Of a DNA stretch of 22,032 bases, positions 20,694 through 22,032 are shown piece by piece. The DNA comes from Escherichia coli (GTDB lineage: Bacteria > Pseudomonadota > Gammaproteobacteria > Enterobacterales > Enterobacteriaceae), in NCBI RefSeq assembly GCF_003334255.1, contig NZ_QOWU01000068.1. One strand, 5' to 3'. How positions within the stretch are numbered: the stretch's first letter is position 1; the number at the start of each line of letters is the position of its first letter. A program made the position numbers and the translations under genes. Under the pieces are notes generated by a model that ran no database searches, had not been told where the DNA came from, and worked only from the letters and a program-made list of their open reading frames with translations.

Positions 20694-20999
20694 TTAGCGT
20701 GTAGTGGACGTGGTGGTTGAGGTGTTATGAGAACCGCCATCGCCACTGTCATTTGCTGCAACAACTGCCAACGTCGCCACACCAACAGCCGTTGCCACAC
20801 CGACAACTGTCGCCGTGCCGACAGCGCCAGCAGCCACGCCACCAGTGGTAGTAGCAGTCGTGGTTGCGCCGGTAGTGGTCGTTGTGGTGCCAGTAGTACC
20901 CGTCGTTGCCTCGGTCCCGTTTGTTGCTTCAGGGGCAGCAAACGCAGCTGGCGTCGTCAACATGAAGGCCATAAGGATTGCAGAAAGCTTGTGTTTCAT
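20694..20999 (-). CDS. gfcA: Threonine-rich group-4 capsule protein (YjbE-like)
   Basis: 101 aa from ATG at 20997-20999 (MKHKLSAILMAFMLTTPAAFA signal peptide), followed by a Thr/Gly/Ala/Val low-complexity tract. The ORF track extends 6 codons upstream. Confidence 0.88.
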   Translation of the reverse strand: MKHKLSAILMAFMLTTPAAFAAPEATNGTEATTGTTGTTTTTTGATTTATTTGGVAAGAVGTATVVGVATAVGVATLAVVAANDSGDGGSHNTSTTTSTTR

Positions 21000-21440
21000 A
21001 ACTTTTCCTTTATTCATCGCATGGACAATACGTACGCTTGAGATCAGGATTGTCTACTTTGAGTATAACATCCTTGTGAAATCTCCCTTTCCTCATACCG
21101 CTTGCACTATATACTGCGGGTAGGAAAGGCGCGCAGAGGGAAATATAAGATTGTTAACTATCCCCCTCTGGAAATACGACTTGTGAGCATAAGATAAATC
21201 TTAGCAAAATACAAATTAAAGATAAGGAAATTGTTACGAAAGCTATTAATTATTGTTGGTAATATAGTTTCAAGTGGTACTATAACTGGCTGTTAAATGG
21301 CATTTATAACTATTAGGTGCAGAGATATTCGCTTAAATGGATTAGTTTCTTTGTGGAAAAGTAACTGATGTTATAATGTATGATGTTGACTATTGCACTA
21401 TTCCAATAAAACCAGTCAGCTTTAAACAAGCAGCGTCATA
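21000..21440 (-). promoter_or_regulatory. gfc operon promoter / upstream regulatory region (AT-rich), also the cspH 3' flank
   Basis: About 440 bp of markedly AT-rich non-coding DNA upstream of gfcA with no IS sequence in it; contains inverted repeats CAGAGGG...CCCTCTG (about 21150-21187). Confidence 0.4.
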
Positions 21441-21653
21441 TTAAGAGAGATAAACATTTGCCGCTGTTGGTCCTCGCAGGCCATTTACGCGGCAAAATTC
21501 CACACGTAATCCTGGTATAAGCACTTCTGCGTCGCGGGGAGTGAATGCGGAAATATGGACCTGAACTTCTTTACGACCGTCGGAGGGGATAATGAATCCT
21601 TTGCCGCTTTTGCGATCAAAGGTTTTGACAATTCCTGTCATTTTACGGGACAA
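21441..21653 (-). CDS. cspH: Cold-shock-like protein CspH
   Basis: 70-aa cold-shock-domain protein ([26 protein letters not shown]...). The first codon in this sequence is TTG (plus-strand caa at 21651-21653), with SD AAGGA 6 nt upstream. Confidence 0.88.
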
Positions 21654-21938
21654 ACAAATTCCTTACTGAAAATACTGCGCTGCACTATACGGGGTTAATA
21701 AAATAAAGCCAGCGATATTTAAGACCGCCGGACGGCTAAAATAAAATTTGCTTAATCTCAATTATCATGCGTTAATAGCTGCGTCGGTTTGAAAGACAGA
21801 CAGCATACAAAGTAGTTTACTAAAGCAGTTCTCATTATCAGGCATTATCCCCTTCTTTTGAGTCTCTCTCCTGAACACTAAGTAGTTTCTGTATTAAAGC
21901 CCTGTTTGCCGAAAGGCCCAAAATGAAGGAAGTAAAAT

Positions 21939-21955
21939 ATGTCTAATAAAATGAC
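21939..21955 (+). pseudogene. cspG: cspG 5' fragment (first 17 nt, MSNKMT), interrupted by IS1
   Basis: ATGTCTAATAAAATGAC encodes M-S-N-K-M-T, the cold-shock protein N-terminus, divergent from cspH as cspG is in E. coli. The reading frame then runs straight into the IS1 terminal repeat and stops after 7 IS1-derived codons. Confidence 0.6.
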
Positions 21956-22032
21956 GGTGATGCTGCCAACTTACTGATTTAGTGTATGATGGTGTTTTTG
22001 AGGTGCTCCAGTGGCTTCTGTTTCTATCAGCT
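21956..22032 (+). mobile_element. IS1 insertion sequence, left (insA-proximal) end, truncated by the window edge
   Basis: GGTGATGCTGCCAACTTACTGATTTAGTGTATGATGGTGTTTTTGAGGTGCTCCAGTGGCTTCTGTTTCTATCAGCT matches the IS1 terminal inverted repeat and the start of insA (GTG GCT TCT GTT TCT ATC AGC = M/V-A-S-V-S-I-S) as I recall it. Junction position is ambiguous by 1-2 nt. Confidence 0.9.

Noticed and set aside
20669-21123. Three overlapping ORFs around gfcA (minus strand 20669-20941; plus strand 20727-21041 and 20815-21123), plus the idea of a CRISPR-like or tandem-repeat array
   Set aside because: They arise from the low-complexity ACC/GGC/GTC repeats of the gfcA Thr-rich tract. The repeats are short, imperfect and in-frame coding, with no spacer/repeat architecture.
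1-22032. Defence systems (CRISPR-Cas, restriction-modification, toxin-antitoxin, abortive infection)
   Set aside because: No repeat-spacer arrays and no ORFs with nuclease, methyltransferase or classical toxin motifs were seen. The only toxin-like candidate is the weakly supported 41-aa ORF reported in the findings.

Overview
This window reads as an Escherichia coli-type chromosomal segment, mostly conserved core with accessory sequence at the left end and an IS1 at the right end. Left to right: (i) 1-2880, an accessory-looking block on the 3' side of tRNA-Ser, with a 487-aa YadA/Eib-like trimeric autotransporter adhesin, an intrinsic terminator, a small LuxR/GerE-type HTH regulator candidate and a minus-strand YkgJ-family CxxCxxCC protein; (ii) serT tRNA-Ser(UGA) with a consensus sigma70 promoter and intrinsic terminator; (iii) the hydrogenase-1 operon hyaABCDEF; (iv) cytochrome bd-II oxidase appC-appB-appX and acid phosphatase/phytase appA; (v) on the minus strand, the complete group-4 capsule operon gfcA-gfcB-gfcC-gfcD-gfcE-etp-etk; (vi) cspH, then the first 17 nt of cspG, cut off by the left end of an IS1 that runs off the window. 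I found no CRISPR array, no integrase and no recognisable defence system. The points most worth a second look are the serT-adjacent adhesin/regulator module, the IS1 insertion into cspG, and a gfc promoter region that appears uninterrupted (from memory, K-12 carries an IS1 there). All family assignments come from reading the translations by eye; no database search was run.
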